From: Blastocystis sp. subtype 4
Taxonomy: Eukaryota
Assembly (NCBI RefSeq): GCF_000743755.1
Contig: NW_014569535.1
Span: forward strand, 62,001-84,360
Reading direction: 5' to 3'
DNA: 22,360 nt
Made by a program: the position numbers and the translations under genes. Below, in pieces: positions 9,768 through 21,252 of this stretch (positions are counted from its first letter, which is position 1; each line of letters opens with the position of its first letter). The notes beneath the pieces were generated by a model. It ran no database searches. It saw only the letters and a program-made list of their open reading frames with translations, and was not told where the DNA came from.

Positions 9768-11280
9768 ATGGAGCCCCTAGATAAGCTCTCGTTGAAAGAG
9801 CTCCTTGATTTAAATTCTGCGGTACAAGAAGAACTCACAAGACGAATCCAGGAGCTCTCCGAGGAGAACATCAAACGTAAGGAATATCTATTGTTTTTTT
9901 CGAATAGTTCAACAAGATACAATGATAATCCAGGACAACCACGATGTAAGCGTGGTAACAGATAATCAAACCAAAATAGCAAAGAATCCTTCGTGGATCA
10001 AGACTGGAAAACTGAAAGCTACTGTAGGAATCGTGGATTCTGTCAATTGTAGGCAAACCGTTTTCTCTTCCGATCTACTGAAAGTGATCCAGTTTGTTCA
10101 AAACGAATGGCTCATAGGTATCTATTGGTTGCAAGATTAATCCAAAAGGGACATTGTCTGGGATGTTCGATGGAATCCATCTTCAGAGAAACGAAATCTC
10201 TTCGCCTCTGCATCAGCAGATCGTACTGCTAAATTGTGGCGACTGGACAACGAATCGAAAAATGCCAATCCCCTTATGGTTTATAGTGGTCATTCTGGAT
10301 CTGTCAACTCAGTTCGATTCCATCCGACTCAGAGTCTCATGTGTACGACTTCAGGAGATCGGACATGTCATATTTGGAAGCCTCTTGATGTTCCAAATCC
10401 ACCAAAATTGTCATTGTAGAGTCTTCATTGAATAGTTCACTTCTAGAGAAGAGGATGGAGAATCTCTCCATCACTCTTCCTCTCGGCGACGTCTTTCCAT
10501 CGATCTCCCTGTGTTGAACAAGCCATTAGCTAAGCTGATCTCTCATCAAGGACATGTGATGGTGGGAGAGTGGAGTTGTGATGGTAGTCAAGTTATCTCA
10601 GGAAGTCAAGACACGACTATCAAACTCTGGGATATGAGCGATTGGACAAAACCCGTTTTAACTCTAACGGGTCACGACGGGACGGTAACGAGTATTGCTC
10701 CGTCTCCTTCCAACAAGAATGTGTTCTGTTCGTGTATGATTCAGTAGGTTTGGTCACTTCTAGCATCTCAGGACCAGACAATCCGATTATGGGATACACG
10801 TACTTCCTCCTTTATGGTGATCGATGAAGAACCAAATGATACGTAGTTGTCGGTGCTTCATGGACATGAGAAGAGTGTCTCTTATGTCATATTTGATAAG
10901 CAGAATCCTTCGTTGTTGATCAGTGGGAGTGATGATTGTACAGTGAAGGTGTGTGTGAGAGAAGACAATGATAAGTAGATATGGGATTGGAGGACAAAAC
11001 AGTGTCTAACTACCATTCATACTTCCTATGTAATGAACCACTTCTGTCAGAGTCCAGAAGAGGAGATGTTATGTCTTCCATCTAGAAATGCCTCAGCAGA
11101 GTAAGAACTCCGGGAGATATAGAACATAGAATCTATTCATCACAAGGAGATCCACTGATGATTCTGTCAGGAATGGGAAATGGACACAACAAGATGATTT
11201 GGGCATGCGACTGGAACGAGAATGGTATCTTAACGGCAGGTTTGGATAGAAGTATATGTCTATGGGAGGTGCGACCTTGA
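9768..11280 (+). CDS. WDR37: WD40-repeat protein, WDR37-like (N-terminal coiled coil + beta-propeller)
   Basis: Spliced: AHRDIVWDV..FASASADRTAKLW..YSGHSGSVNSVRFHP..TTSGDRTCHIW, ISGSQDTTIKLWD, ISGSDDCTVKIWD, ending LTAGLDRSICLWEVRP. About eight short introns; TGA at 11278-11280. Confidence 0.8.
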
Positions 11281-11291
11281 ATTGCGCAATA

Positions 11292-11306
11292 TGTTTGTAA
11301 CAAACA
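11292..11306. terminator. Palindromic bidirectional 3'-end motif TGTTTGT-A-ACAAACA
   Basis: TGTTTGTA on + follows the WD40 stop; TGTTTGTT on - follows the SH3 domain. Confidence 0.85.
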
Positions 11307-11310
11307 GTTA

Positions 11311-12433
11311 ACGCAGCAGCCGTATAGTTGCTTGGGAAACGACCTATATTTCCATTAAGACGACCCTCCCACCATCCACTAGGATCCTCCTTCAGAACTT
11401 CAATGACATCTCCTTCCTTAAAGCTAAGTTCACCTGATGTACCCGTATCTAGAGAGTATAGAGCCCGAACCATTCGATGAAGAGGAGCCGTCGTAGCTAC
11501 AGGAACAGGAGGCAATGGCTGGGTCTTTGTCTCTGGAGATGAATAGGCTTTCGCCTCTTGGTAGAGAACTGGATTGAAGTCCGTAACAACAGGAGGTTCA
11601 TGATAGGGGAAGGAAGGAATAGAGATTTCAGGTGCGACATAATTCATCTCCACATTCTCCCCCATCTTCACTCGTTCAGAGATATCCTCAACCGACTGCA
11701 TCACACTACGAATCGATGTTTGTGCGAAACTGGAAGCAATCGTTTGCATAGCCTCATGCTGACGTTGTACCAAGTACATCTCACAAGCAACCAGTGTGGC
11801 AGTTTCACTTGATAGAATTGATGCTCCAATTGCAATCAATTCTTCAAACCTTGTTTCCAGATACTTTGTATGTTCTTGGAGCATTTCATAGTCATGATCC
11901 ATCTTCATCCGGAAACGTTCAGCATTGCTAGAATCTCCCTTCTTTTCATAGGTGCTACAACGATTACGATGCGAATCATAATCAGTGATAATGTTCTTGC
12001 GAGTCTTCACAATCTTTTCCACCTCTGCAAAATCCTCTTTCAGTAGCTTCTCAATACGAGAAATGATGTGGGCACGTAGGACGCAAATGATAGATCGTCG
12101 TGTGTAATCATACTCCGACTGAAGTGCTGTATGCAAATTACTGATTGCTTCCTTATATGTGTTCATGTCTTCTGTCTGGATATCCGACTTCTGCGTAAAA
12201 CGCAACAACTCATCAGCGAGTTTGCGATTGGTATCACACCATGTATCCACATTATGAATCAAAGATACACACTGGGAACTGAGTACTTTCAGATTATCTT
12301 CAAGATCAGAGAAACGACGATAAGCAAGATCAAACGTAGCATCTGAGGTAGTGTCGGACTTTCCTGTTGCCACTTTCAGTTGTTGACTGATTCTTCTCTT
12401 CGATGTCTTGAGCGACTTGAACAACTTGTCCAT
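11311..12433 (-). CDS. BAR-domain + SH3 protein (amphiphysin/endophilin-like), apparently intronless, 374 aa
   Basis: Helical BAR-like region (TTSDATFDLAYRRFSDLE...RKNIITDYDSHR), Pro-rich linker, SH3 VRALYSLD..SGELSFKEGDVIEVLKEDPSGWWEGRLNGNIGRFPSNY. True end inferred at T 11311 (poly(A)-made stop); the ORF-track extension to 11093 is antisense to the WD40 gene. Confidence 0.9.
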
Positions 12434-12617
12434 CCAGAAATAGGAAATGAATAAACTTTGGTTCTTTTATCCATATCACACTCCTTTTGAAGGGATATGG
12501 AGAAGGGGATATGACTCTCAACAATGGAGTATCACTCTCCATTTACTATAATTTAATAGTCATCTCACTTCCAATGAACATCATAGACCATTCTATCTGA
12601 TAATGTCAACCATAGAA

Positions 12618-13561
12618 ATGTTATATTTCATTGGTTTGGGTCTTGGAAACGAGAAAGACATTACTGTCAGAGGTTTAGAAGCTGTGAAGAGTTGTGAGAA
12701 GGTCTTTCTTGAGAATTACACATCGGTTCTCGGAGTTGAACCCAAAAAGCTAGTACTTCTAATTCAAATGGTCTAATAAACAGGAAGAATTCTTTGGAAA
12801 GCCGGTTATTATTGCTGATCGTGATTTAGTGGAATCAAATGCTGAGACCATTCTTGATAGTGCTGCTGTATGCAACACTGCCTTTTTAGTTGTTGGTGAT
12901 GTATTTGGGTACAAACTGTTGGTGCAAATCATCCTCTAGAGCAACCACCCACTCAGACCTTTGGATTCGTGCCAAGGAGCGAAATATTCCTATCAAGGTG
13001 ATCCACAATGCATCAATTATGAATGCAGTCGGTTGTTGTGGTCTGCAACTATATCGTTTCGGACAGACTGTCTCTCTCTGCTTCTTCACGGAAACCTGGA
13101 GACCCGATAGTTTCTATGAACGAATTGAACAGAATCGAGATATGAAGCTTCATACACTCTGTCTTCTCGGTTCCTCTGTTTCCACTCTGTGATGTCTAGA
13201 TATCAAGGTCAAAGAACCCGATTTCAAAGAACTTGTCAAAGGACGAACTGTTTATCTTCCTCCTCGTTTCATGACTTGTAATCAAGCAATTGATGAGCTT
13301 CTTGAGGTCGAGGAGAAAAGAGGAAAGGGAGGTACGCATTCTTTGTTACTATGATTTTAGTATGTACTCCTGATTCCTTGGCTGTGGGATTGGCTAGAGT
13401 AGGTCAGGATGACCAGTTCATTTGCTTTGGAACTCTGAAGGAACTGCGTGATGTAGACTTTGGAGCACCGTTGCACAGTTTGATTCTCTGTAGCCCGGAG
13501 TTGCATGAGTTGGAGCTGGAGATGCTCAACTACTTCAGTGTGAAGAATCTACATAAGGAAT
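12618..13561 (+). CDS. DPH5: Diphthine methyl ester synthase
   Basis: [24 protein letters not shown]..., [61 protein letters not shown]. Four introns; end inferred at T 13561 (poly(A)-made stop). Confidence 0.96.
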
Positions 13562-13565
13562 TCAT

Positions 13566-13582
13566 TGTTTGTCAAACAAACT
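13566..13582. terminator. Back-to-back 3'-end motifs for DPH5 (TGTTTGTC, +) and GSK3 (AGTTTGTT, -)
   Basis: tgtttgtc-a-aacaaact lies between the convergent genes. Confidence 0.75.
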
Positions 13583-13617
13583 CTATTAGAAACCATTTTA
13601 TGTGTATCATACAATCA

Positions 13618-14761
13618 TCAATTCTGAAACAGCCCTTCTGGAAGAGGAGCACCATCAGGAAGTACAGTAATGGAGTGGAGTTCGCTGAAGAAGGGATGCT
13701 GCAGCACCTCTGATGCTATCAATAATCTTTCCTATCCAATCTCACCCTTCAGCCGCTTTCCTGGAATGTACACCAGCAACTTGCTCATCAGATCCACTGC
13801 ATCCGCATCGTGACACTGAGCAAAGACCTACTTCTCATTCCTCTCATTCAAATCGACTTCTGGGAAGTCTTTCTTCTGAATATTGGGAAACTTGAAGTTG
13901 TGATAATTGGGATTCATTTCATGAATCTCCTCTGCTGTGGGTGTTCCCAACACTTTGATAATCTCGACCATCTGATCCACATTATTCTCCCCAGGGAATA
14001 GCGAGAGTCCGGTTAACAATTCAGCAATAACACATGCCATACTCCAAATGTCTACAGCTACCGTATAGTTGGTTGCACCGAAGATTAGCTCTGGAGCGCG
14101 ATAATATCGGGAACAAATATACGAGACATTGGACTCATCAGGAGTAAGGCGTTTTGCACTTCCAAAATCACAGATTTTCACAACATGAGTCCTGGGGTTG
14201 ATCAGGACATTCTGTGGTTTGATATCACGATGACAAATGCCTAGACTATGCATGTAGGCTAATCCCTTAAACATTTGATAGGTATAGAGCTATGGATCGT
14301 TTCTATTCACTTTTATTACTTTGACATAGATAAGAGGTAACAAGGATCTAGCTTTGACAAACTTGCGATTATATTTATATAGGTTCTCAGGAATGTACTC
14401 CATAACGAGATGCAAGTATTCTCCGCCCTAGAACTAAGTTCACTAGGAACAACTCTACATTTTCCGTTTCCGAGTAAAAGGAGTTGTAAAGAGTCACAAT
14501 GTTGGGGTGGCTCAACATCTTCATGATCGACAGTTCCCGGTTCTACACAATCAAAGACAGAGACAACATCGACTTTGTAATTCTTATCTTGGAAAACCTT
14601 CTTTACTGCAACAATCCGACCTGTTCCATATTCTTCAGCTTCATAAACCACTCCAAAAGTCCCTTTTCCAACGGCTCTCAATACAGAATACCTAGTTACA
14701 TACTTCTGATTAGAAGACTATGTATGAAAGAACGAAACATGAATGGGACTCTTATACTCAT
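13618..14761 (-). CDS. GSK3: Glycogen synthase kinase 3 / shaggy-like kinase
   Basis: [69 protein letters not shown]. Six ~30-nt introns; TGA at 13618-13620. The start at 14761 (MSIR) is inferred. Confidence 0.95.
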
Positions 14762-14967
14762 TGTCTCTTCAAGGAACGACTTTCCTGGAAATAACCCTAC
14801 CACTGAACTGAACACTAATTAAAGGCAATTCTGGTAAACCGGGTCTACCGTGTCAAAAGGAAATGAGGAAAATGAAAACCAGGGATCCACTCTGCCGTCA
14901 AATCTAACGAAGAACCGTGGAAAGGTTCCACTTAGTTTTCTTATATTATTGATTTATCAACGGTGCA

Positions 14968-17900
14968 ATGAGTACCAAAGGAAACCGAAGAGCAAAAGGA
15001 GACAAGGGGCCAGCTAAGAGCAGTCTTTCGGGAGACTTTGTGGCTTCTCTTGCCACTGGAGCTGTGAATATGGAGTTACTGAATGGAATTACGTTTGACA
15101 TCACTTCTTCCTCCTCGAATACGGAATCTTCCTCTCAATGTGTAACTTATTTCGGAAGTAATACTGCATATCGAACACAGCTGAAGTTGCTTTCGAAGAA
15201 AAGTACGGTTACCCGACTGCGTGTAATTACTCATGTTAGGATACATTTTAGGCGCTGAAAGATATGGAAGAGATTCTCTCTCAGTGTTCTGTAAATGATA
15301 TCATTGAGATTATGCCTTCATTTTGCTTTTATTACAATGAATTGCTGTATTGTCAGAGTTTCCAAGTTCGTTTAGAAGTTAACAAGCGTAAATTGAGTGG
15401 AGTGTCGTAAATACTAGTTTTGAGTTGTATTGGTACCATTCTGGGTCTAGAGGTGGGAAAGTTTGTGAAGCAATTTGTCGTCGCACTTCAGATCTACATG
15501 GCAGATGTAAATTCGACTGTCGAATCATTTTGCACTGACTTGTTTTATGTTGGTATGGATCTCCTTTTTTAGCATAGAAATTGATTCCTGAGAATCGTCG
15601 TACGAATGTTCTGACCAAATACTATGATGAGGTTCTCAACCGAGCCCATTCACTCCTGTCTGTCGATGCTGAATTCCTCAATCGTCATCACGAAGAGATT
15701 GGTAATATTTGGTTCAATTCCTTATTGGTAGATTCCATTGATGAGTCTCTGGACCGCCTGCGAACTACTTGCTATCAAACATACATCACTCTTCTTCGTC
15801 GTCCCATCCCCCTAACTGCTACTGCTACAGACCTCTTCAGTGCAGCTCTGATTGAAGCCGTACCTGATATTGTGGAATCAGGTCGAGCTTCCTTACTTAC
15901 TCTGGTTATGGAATTGGCAAAACGAGTCCCCTGGTCAGCCATCACAGAGAGACATCCTCAATCCATATCCAAACTAAAGAAGCAGTGTCGTCAGCTTCTG
16001 TTTATGGGTGATCCAAAGAAGGGAGTTGTAACAAAGGACCACATGAATACCATCTTAGCTCTATGGATGACTCTCTCTATGAGGTATCGTTTGATTCTAT
16101 GTATTAGTCTAGGTATCCGGCAATCTATGAGTCTATCGATATGAACCAATTTACAAAGGAATTCACACAGAAATTGCGAAGGTGAACTATGGATTTGAGT
16201 TTCATTCTAGAGGTGACATTTCTCATCAAGTTCTGTGTGATAGCATTGATATTGTACTTCGAGTTATTACCAAAGTTCTTCTTGAGCCTCAATCTTTGTC
16301 AGTTGTTGACTGGGGTCTGAAAGTTTATGAAACAGTTGCCGAAGTTGCTACGAATCCTGATCTTACCGATCGAATGCTATGTGTTTACAATTGTATTGTT
16401 GCTACCATCACAGTAAACACACAAGATGCATCGATTGCTGATGCTCTGGCTACTGCTCTTCCTACTTTCTTGCAGCAATCATCCCATACTGCAGAGACAA
16501 TGCTTCCTCATATTCTCAACACATTAGTATCACTCTCTCCTTCCGTATTCACGAAGTGGTTGGTGCCTCATTTCATGGAGATGATCAGTGATCTTCAGAA
16601 ACCAGATCTTGAGTTTCAAATGGTTTTACTGAAAGAGCTCTATCAGAATCATTCTGAAATGGTAACAAGTCTTCTTCAGGAGATGGTAGCTACAATTCTC
16701 CAATTGTATGTGAATGAACAGACTGATTGTATGATGTATCGTCATGTGATCGCCTTCTTCAATATGATGATGCGTGTATATCCGTTGATAATTTGAAAAG
16801 GAATGATAAATAGTGACCTACGAGACATTATTGGAACAAATCTCATTAAGAATGATTCACTATCAATCATGATCCGTTCAGTGATTCAACAGATTATCTC
16901 TATCAATCCGATTCGTGATCACTGTAGGATATGAGAAGGAATATGATAATAGATCTCTCTCTATACAATACAATGATTACATTTGTCATCTCGTTCGAGT
17001 CAATCGCTTCGTTCTCATCAATGGCTCGTGTTTTCACTGACTCCATCATGGAGATGGTGAATGGTTTAACTGACAATCGAGGTCCGTTTCTACTGTCTCT
17101 GCTGATGAAGCCAACTTTGCTCCATGTGATTCCTTCAATCGAAAGTGTAGTAGTGGAGACAACCAATCTTGAGGATTCGGAGTATGTGTGTTCTATACTG
17201 GAGAATTGTGAGACTTGTCATTGTGATGCATTGCTATTACAAATGATTGAAGATATGAAGAGTTTTAGTGGTCAACGATGGATAGATGTGTTAAGAGTGG
17301 CTTCTATTCGTGATTGTCAAGTGATGCATGATGCTATGAAACAGATAATCGACTATGTGTTGTGAGTGTGAATGAAGTAAGTGACTTGTAGAGATGAAGT
17401 ATTGAATGAAATGGAGAATGGAAATGAGGAGGTGTTGACTCAGGTTGAGAGTGTGATAACAGGTTCTGTTCTCGTATTTGTCGTTCAGCACATTGTCAAC
17501 GGTTTAAGATCTCCTCTAACAAAGACAAAAACCGCAATGCTTCTTTATCTCATTCAGTGTGTGAAAACTGATCTTGAGCCAATTCGTAATCTGTTGGAGA
17601 GTGATTCATTCTGGAAGGAGACAGTTTATCAGGAACAAGAGTATATAGAATGGATGTGAATAATGATCAGATTCCCGTTATTGTTACACCTTGTCAATCA
17701 AGTGGAGTTATTATTGGAGTCTCCTCTTCATATCAATCTCTTTGGGCAGATCATTCGATCCACACTAACAGAGGTGGATAATAAGTTGGAGAATGAAAGG
17801 GAGTGTTATTTCTAGCAAGATGATTGATACATCTCTCTCTGGAATGACTGTAGAGTCTATTATTCAGGCATATCGTTTCTTCCTTTCTCTATCAGTAACC

Positions 17901-20019
17901 ACCAAGCGTAAGACATGATTGCTTGATTAGTATGATAGATTGTATGATTGCTCACACAGGTCGCAAACTCTTGCTTCGTCTGGCCTCCATTCAAGATGTA
18001 TTGACATATCTGGACTCAGATTCACCAACCGAACTGCAACAAAGTGTAGTAAAGAAAACTTGGCATCAATTGCATTCACTCCAAGAACGAGGACAAACAC
18101 ATAGTATTGTCGAATCTCTGAATCAGCGCATGACAGAAAGGATTCAACAATTGGTAGAAACTGTGGAAACGGATTCTGAGTCTTTGCTTGTGCTTCAGCA
18201 ACAATTGAATCAGTGTTCAGTTCTCATGAACAAATTTGTGACTTTCCCAGCTGAGTCACAATCTTCATTCACTCATATCATCTCTCATCTTCTTGTCTGT
18301 CTTCGCTTCCTCACAGGTGCCAGCACTTCGACGATATGGGCTGAAGAACTAAACAATAATTCTCTTCTCAAACAATCTACTTGTGATTGCATTTTTCGCT
18401 TCCTCATTGGTCTGTTAGCTGCATATCCAAAAAATGATTCATTTCATGAACTATACGAAGGAGAACTCTGGGATGTTATCATTCTGTTAGCACCTATCAG
18501 CATTACAACGAATATTGAATCCTGTTGGTATTTGAGATGTTCAGTAATTCTTAGTAACCTTGATTATCAAGCATATGACTACGATTCATTCATTGAATGG
18601 TTACACCATTCCTGAAGGTACTTACAATGCCTTAATTCTCTCATTCAATACAAATCTTCTCACACATCTAAAACGGTTCTATTCTATACCTTCTGATCAG
18701 AGAGATCGACATATCCTTACACGAATCTGGATGAAACTCCCTCCTTTGTAACGCCCTTGTTCTGAGAATAATAAATAGAAGTACCGTCTCGGTTGAATCG
18801 ACACTGGAGGAGTGGTTGAAAGGATTCTGGAGTTATGATCTTCAACAGAAGATCGATATTACTGTTGGCATCATGTATGCCATGCGATCAGGTGAGTGAG
18901 GGTGAATGGATTGATATCCAGAATGTGATATGAAAGTGTTGTTTAGAATATGCAAGACACTCAGTGAGAAGTGTATTGTGAATGAAGAACATATGACAGA
19001 AATACTCCTATTTTTCATCATTGTGTCAGAAGTGATTGTGAAGACACAAGATATGGAGAAAATTGTTGAGAAGAAAGATGAAATGACAGAAGAAGAGAAA
19101 GCAGAAGATTATCGGATTGAATCAACAATGGCAGAAATCGAGGGTTTAATCACACACTTGAATCAATCTAAATTGATGCAACGTGTTTTAGTCTATCTCA
19201 TTCATCAAATTCCAGCCACATCTCAATCATCAAAATCGCGGGTATTTTTGGTATTCCATGATTAATCCTTATAGCCTCCTATGCCAATATTAAAACCACT
19301 TCCCTTGTTGTTAAATGATCCACTTCCTCACCTTCCAATCTTCACATTGTACTCATTGTGTGTAGCAATTCCTTATCGTATTCAGTATTTCTTTATCAAT
19401 GGATTAACGGGTGTATCTCGCAGTGTACAACAGTCACTAATGAGTTTCATGGAACTGTATCTAACTCCATCGATTTTAGCCAGTCCTATGGATAAGGTGA
19501 ATAATCAGTTGACAGAATACAAATTGTCAAATGTACGAATTAGTGCTGATGCTAGTAATGTATTCATTAGGATTGAAAATGAGGATTAGTACTATGCTGT
19601 AATAACAAGTGGAGTAACCGATATTAAAATTACTTATGACCTTTCCAAGATATATCCATTGAATATTACTGCCGTATGAATGTGAAGATAATGTGTAAAA
19701 ATCTAGACTATTCGTGACAATCTTCATTTCTTGAATTCCTCTCAAATTGAACGTTGGCAGGTAGCTTTCCGTCAACGTATTACGGGGTATAAGTCATTCA
19801 CATTCGGAATTATAGCTATGACAAAGACAATTCTGAATGAAATTGAGAGTGTGGAACCTTGTCCCATTTGTTATTGTGTTCTGCATCCGAACACTCATGC
19901 ACTGCCAGATCGGTGTTGTTCACAGTGTGTTGGTAAATTCCACAACGATTGTTTGAATGTATGGTTCCGCACTTCCAACAGTAATTCATGTCCTCTGTGT
20001 CGTCAACCCATACAGGATT
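14968..20019 (+). CDS. LTN1: E3 ubiquitin ligase listerin (ribosome quality control)
   Basis: N-terminal QLKLLSKKSTVTRLRALKDM (listerin N-domain motif), long helical middle, YPL-containing RWD-like segment, C-terminal RING CPICYCVLH..LPDRCCSQCVGKFHNDCLNVWFRTSNSNSCPLCR. A continuous frame can be built with ~18 short GT-AG introns. The end at 20019 assumes a poly(A)-made stop. Confidence 0.92.
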
Positions 20020-20023
20020 ATCC

Positions 20024-20039
20024 TGTTTTCAATCAAACA
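20024..20039. terminator. Back-to-back 3'-end motifs for LTN1 (TGTTTTCA, +) and the CS-domain gene (TGTTTGAT, -)
   Basis: tgttttca-atcaaaca lies between the convergent genes; both copies are degenerate. Confidence 0.65.
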
Positions 20040-20061
20040 CAATTACCCAGAATAACCACAA

Positions 20062-21142
20062 TCAGTTTACACTTCCATCTGCCTTCACTTCAGCTTCGAC
20101 AGGTTTCTCATCGCCTCCTGCTTTTCTTGCCTCTTCTTCAGCTTTACTAGCTTCCTTTACAGCCTCTTTCACCTTCTTTTCTTCTTCTTCTGATTTCTGT
20201 GTTTCCTCAGCTAGTTTCGCTTCATCCTCCTTCTTGCGCTCCTCCTCACGTTTCTTCTTATCGTCTTCCTGACGTTTCTGTTCTTCTGCCTTGCGTGTTG
20301 CTTCATCTTCCTTCTCTAACTGCTCCTTCATGGACCACCAGGTATGCATGTTACGTGGAGTCTTTTCATTTTTCTATCCGTTAGATACCGTCCCAAAGAG
20401 TACAGAAATGATATTTTCCCAGTGACCTCGTTCCTTCTTCTTCATCATTAGCACAACCCGACCAACAGAAGCGTCATTCCAATGACATTCCTCTGGATTC
20501 AATTCTTTGCGCATTTCCAAACGAAGAACAAACTTCTTCTTTGTGGATGGACTAAGGTTAATCCCATGAACTATGTCAACCATTTTGATTCAGCATAAAT
20601 GGATCGTTCTGAGAAGGTGATATTCGACACTGAACAACCTAATGTTGCTGGTGTATCCCATTTATGGGCATACTTGATATTCACATTAATCTATGTCGGA
20701 AATAGAAAGTATGACATACGTCGTTCATTCCCTGTGCCCACTGGAAAGCAGGACTGATAACAGACCAATCATTCCGGTTACTGTTAATTAAGTTCTGAAT
20801 TTTCTGAAGATTGGATCTAGAGGTGATGTACAGAATTGTTCCCTACTTGATAATCGCAGCAGAACGAGCAAAAGGAGATGAAATATCAACTTCTTGTTCT
20901 TTTGCTGCAGTTACGATATGTTCCGACACTGTCCACCACGATCGTTGAACTGCCTTGACATGAACATTCTTCTCCAATCTTACAATCGAAATGATATTCT
21001 TGTCAATCTTTTCATTTGTACTAAGCTTTTCTTTCAACCAATCAATAGCCTCTTCTTCTGTATGGCATTCTGCAAAAGATACTCCTAGAGCGACTGTCTG
21101 AATCAATAAACTGAGGGAAAGAAGATATCCAATTCGATTCAT
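20062..21142 (-). CDS. Signal-peptide-bearing CS/p23-like (HSP20-like fold) co-chaperone with E/K-rich tail
   Basis: Hydrophobic N-terminus MNRIGYLLSLSLLIQTVALG; SPAFQWAQ..INVNIKYAHKWDTP..KKFVLRLEM..SVGRVVLMMKKKERGHW..NMHTWW. Four introns join ORFs 20843-21142, 20374-20583 and 20062-20349. Confidence 0.75.
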
Positions 21143-21220
21143 GATTCACTGACTCTCCTCGAATAGAAAATGTATTCTCGAAAATAGAAGCGTTTCATTA
21201 AATACCAAGGTGCCGTTTTC

Positions 21221-21228
21221 AACAAACA
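21221..21228 (-). terminator. 3'-end motif TGTTTGTT of the IST1-like gene
   Basis: AACAAACA on +, 24 nt downstream of the TAA at 21253. Confidence 0.8.
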
Positions 21229-21252
21229 GACAACATGCAAGCAACGAAGGGA

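Noticed and set aside
12330..12542. 70-aa ORF overlapping the BAR-SH3 start out of frame
   Set aside because: No homology signal; it starts close to the divergent DPH5 upstream region and cannot be supported as a uORF without TSS data.
18711..18752. ATATCCTTAC...AC, a 42-nt possible second U12 intron in LTN1
   Set aside because: Its removal leaves an in-frame TAG shortly downstream, whereas a 31-nt GT-AG intron starting at 18748 restores the frame.
14968..20019. Fragmented ORFs suggesting pseudogenes, frameshifts or a non-standard genetic code
   Set aside because: Every break can be bridged by a ~30-nt GT-AG intron (or the one AT-AC intron in SHQ1) using the standard code.
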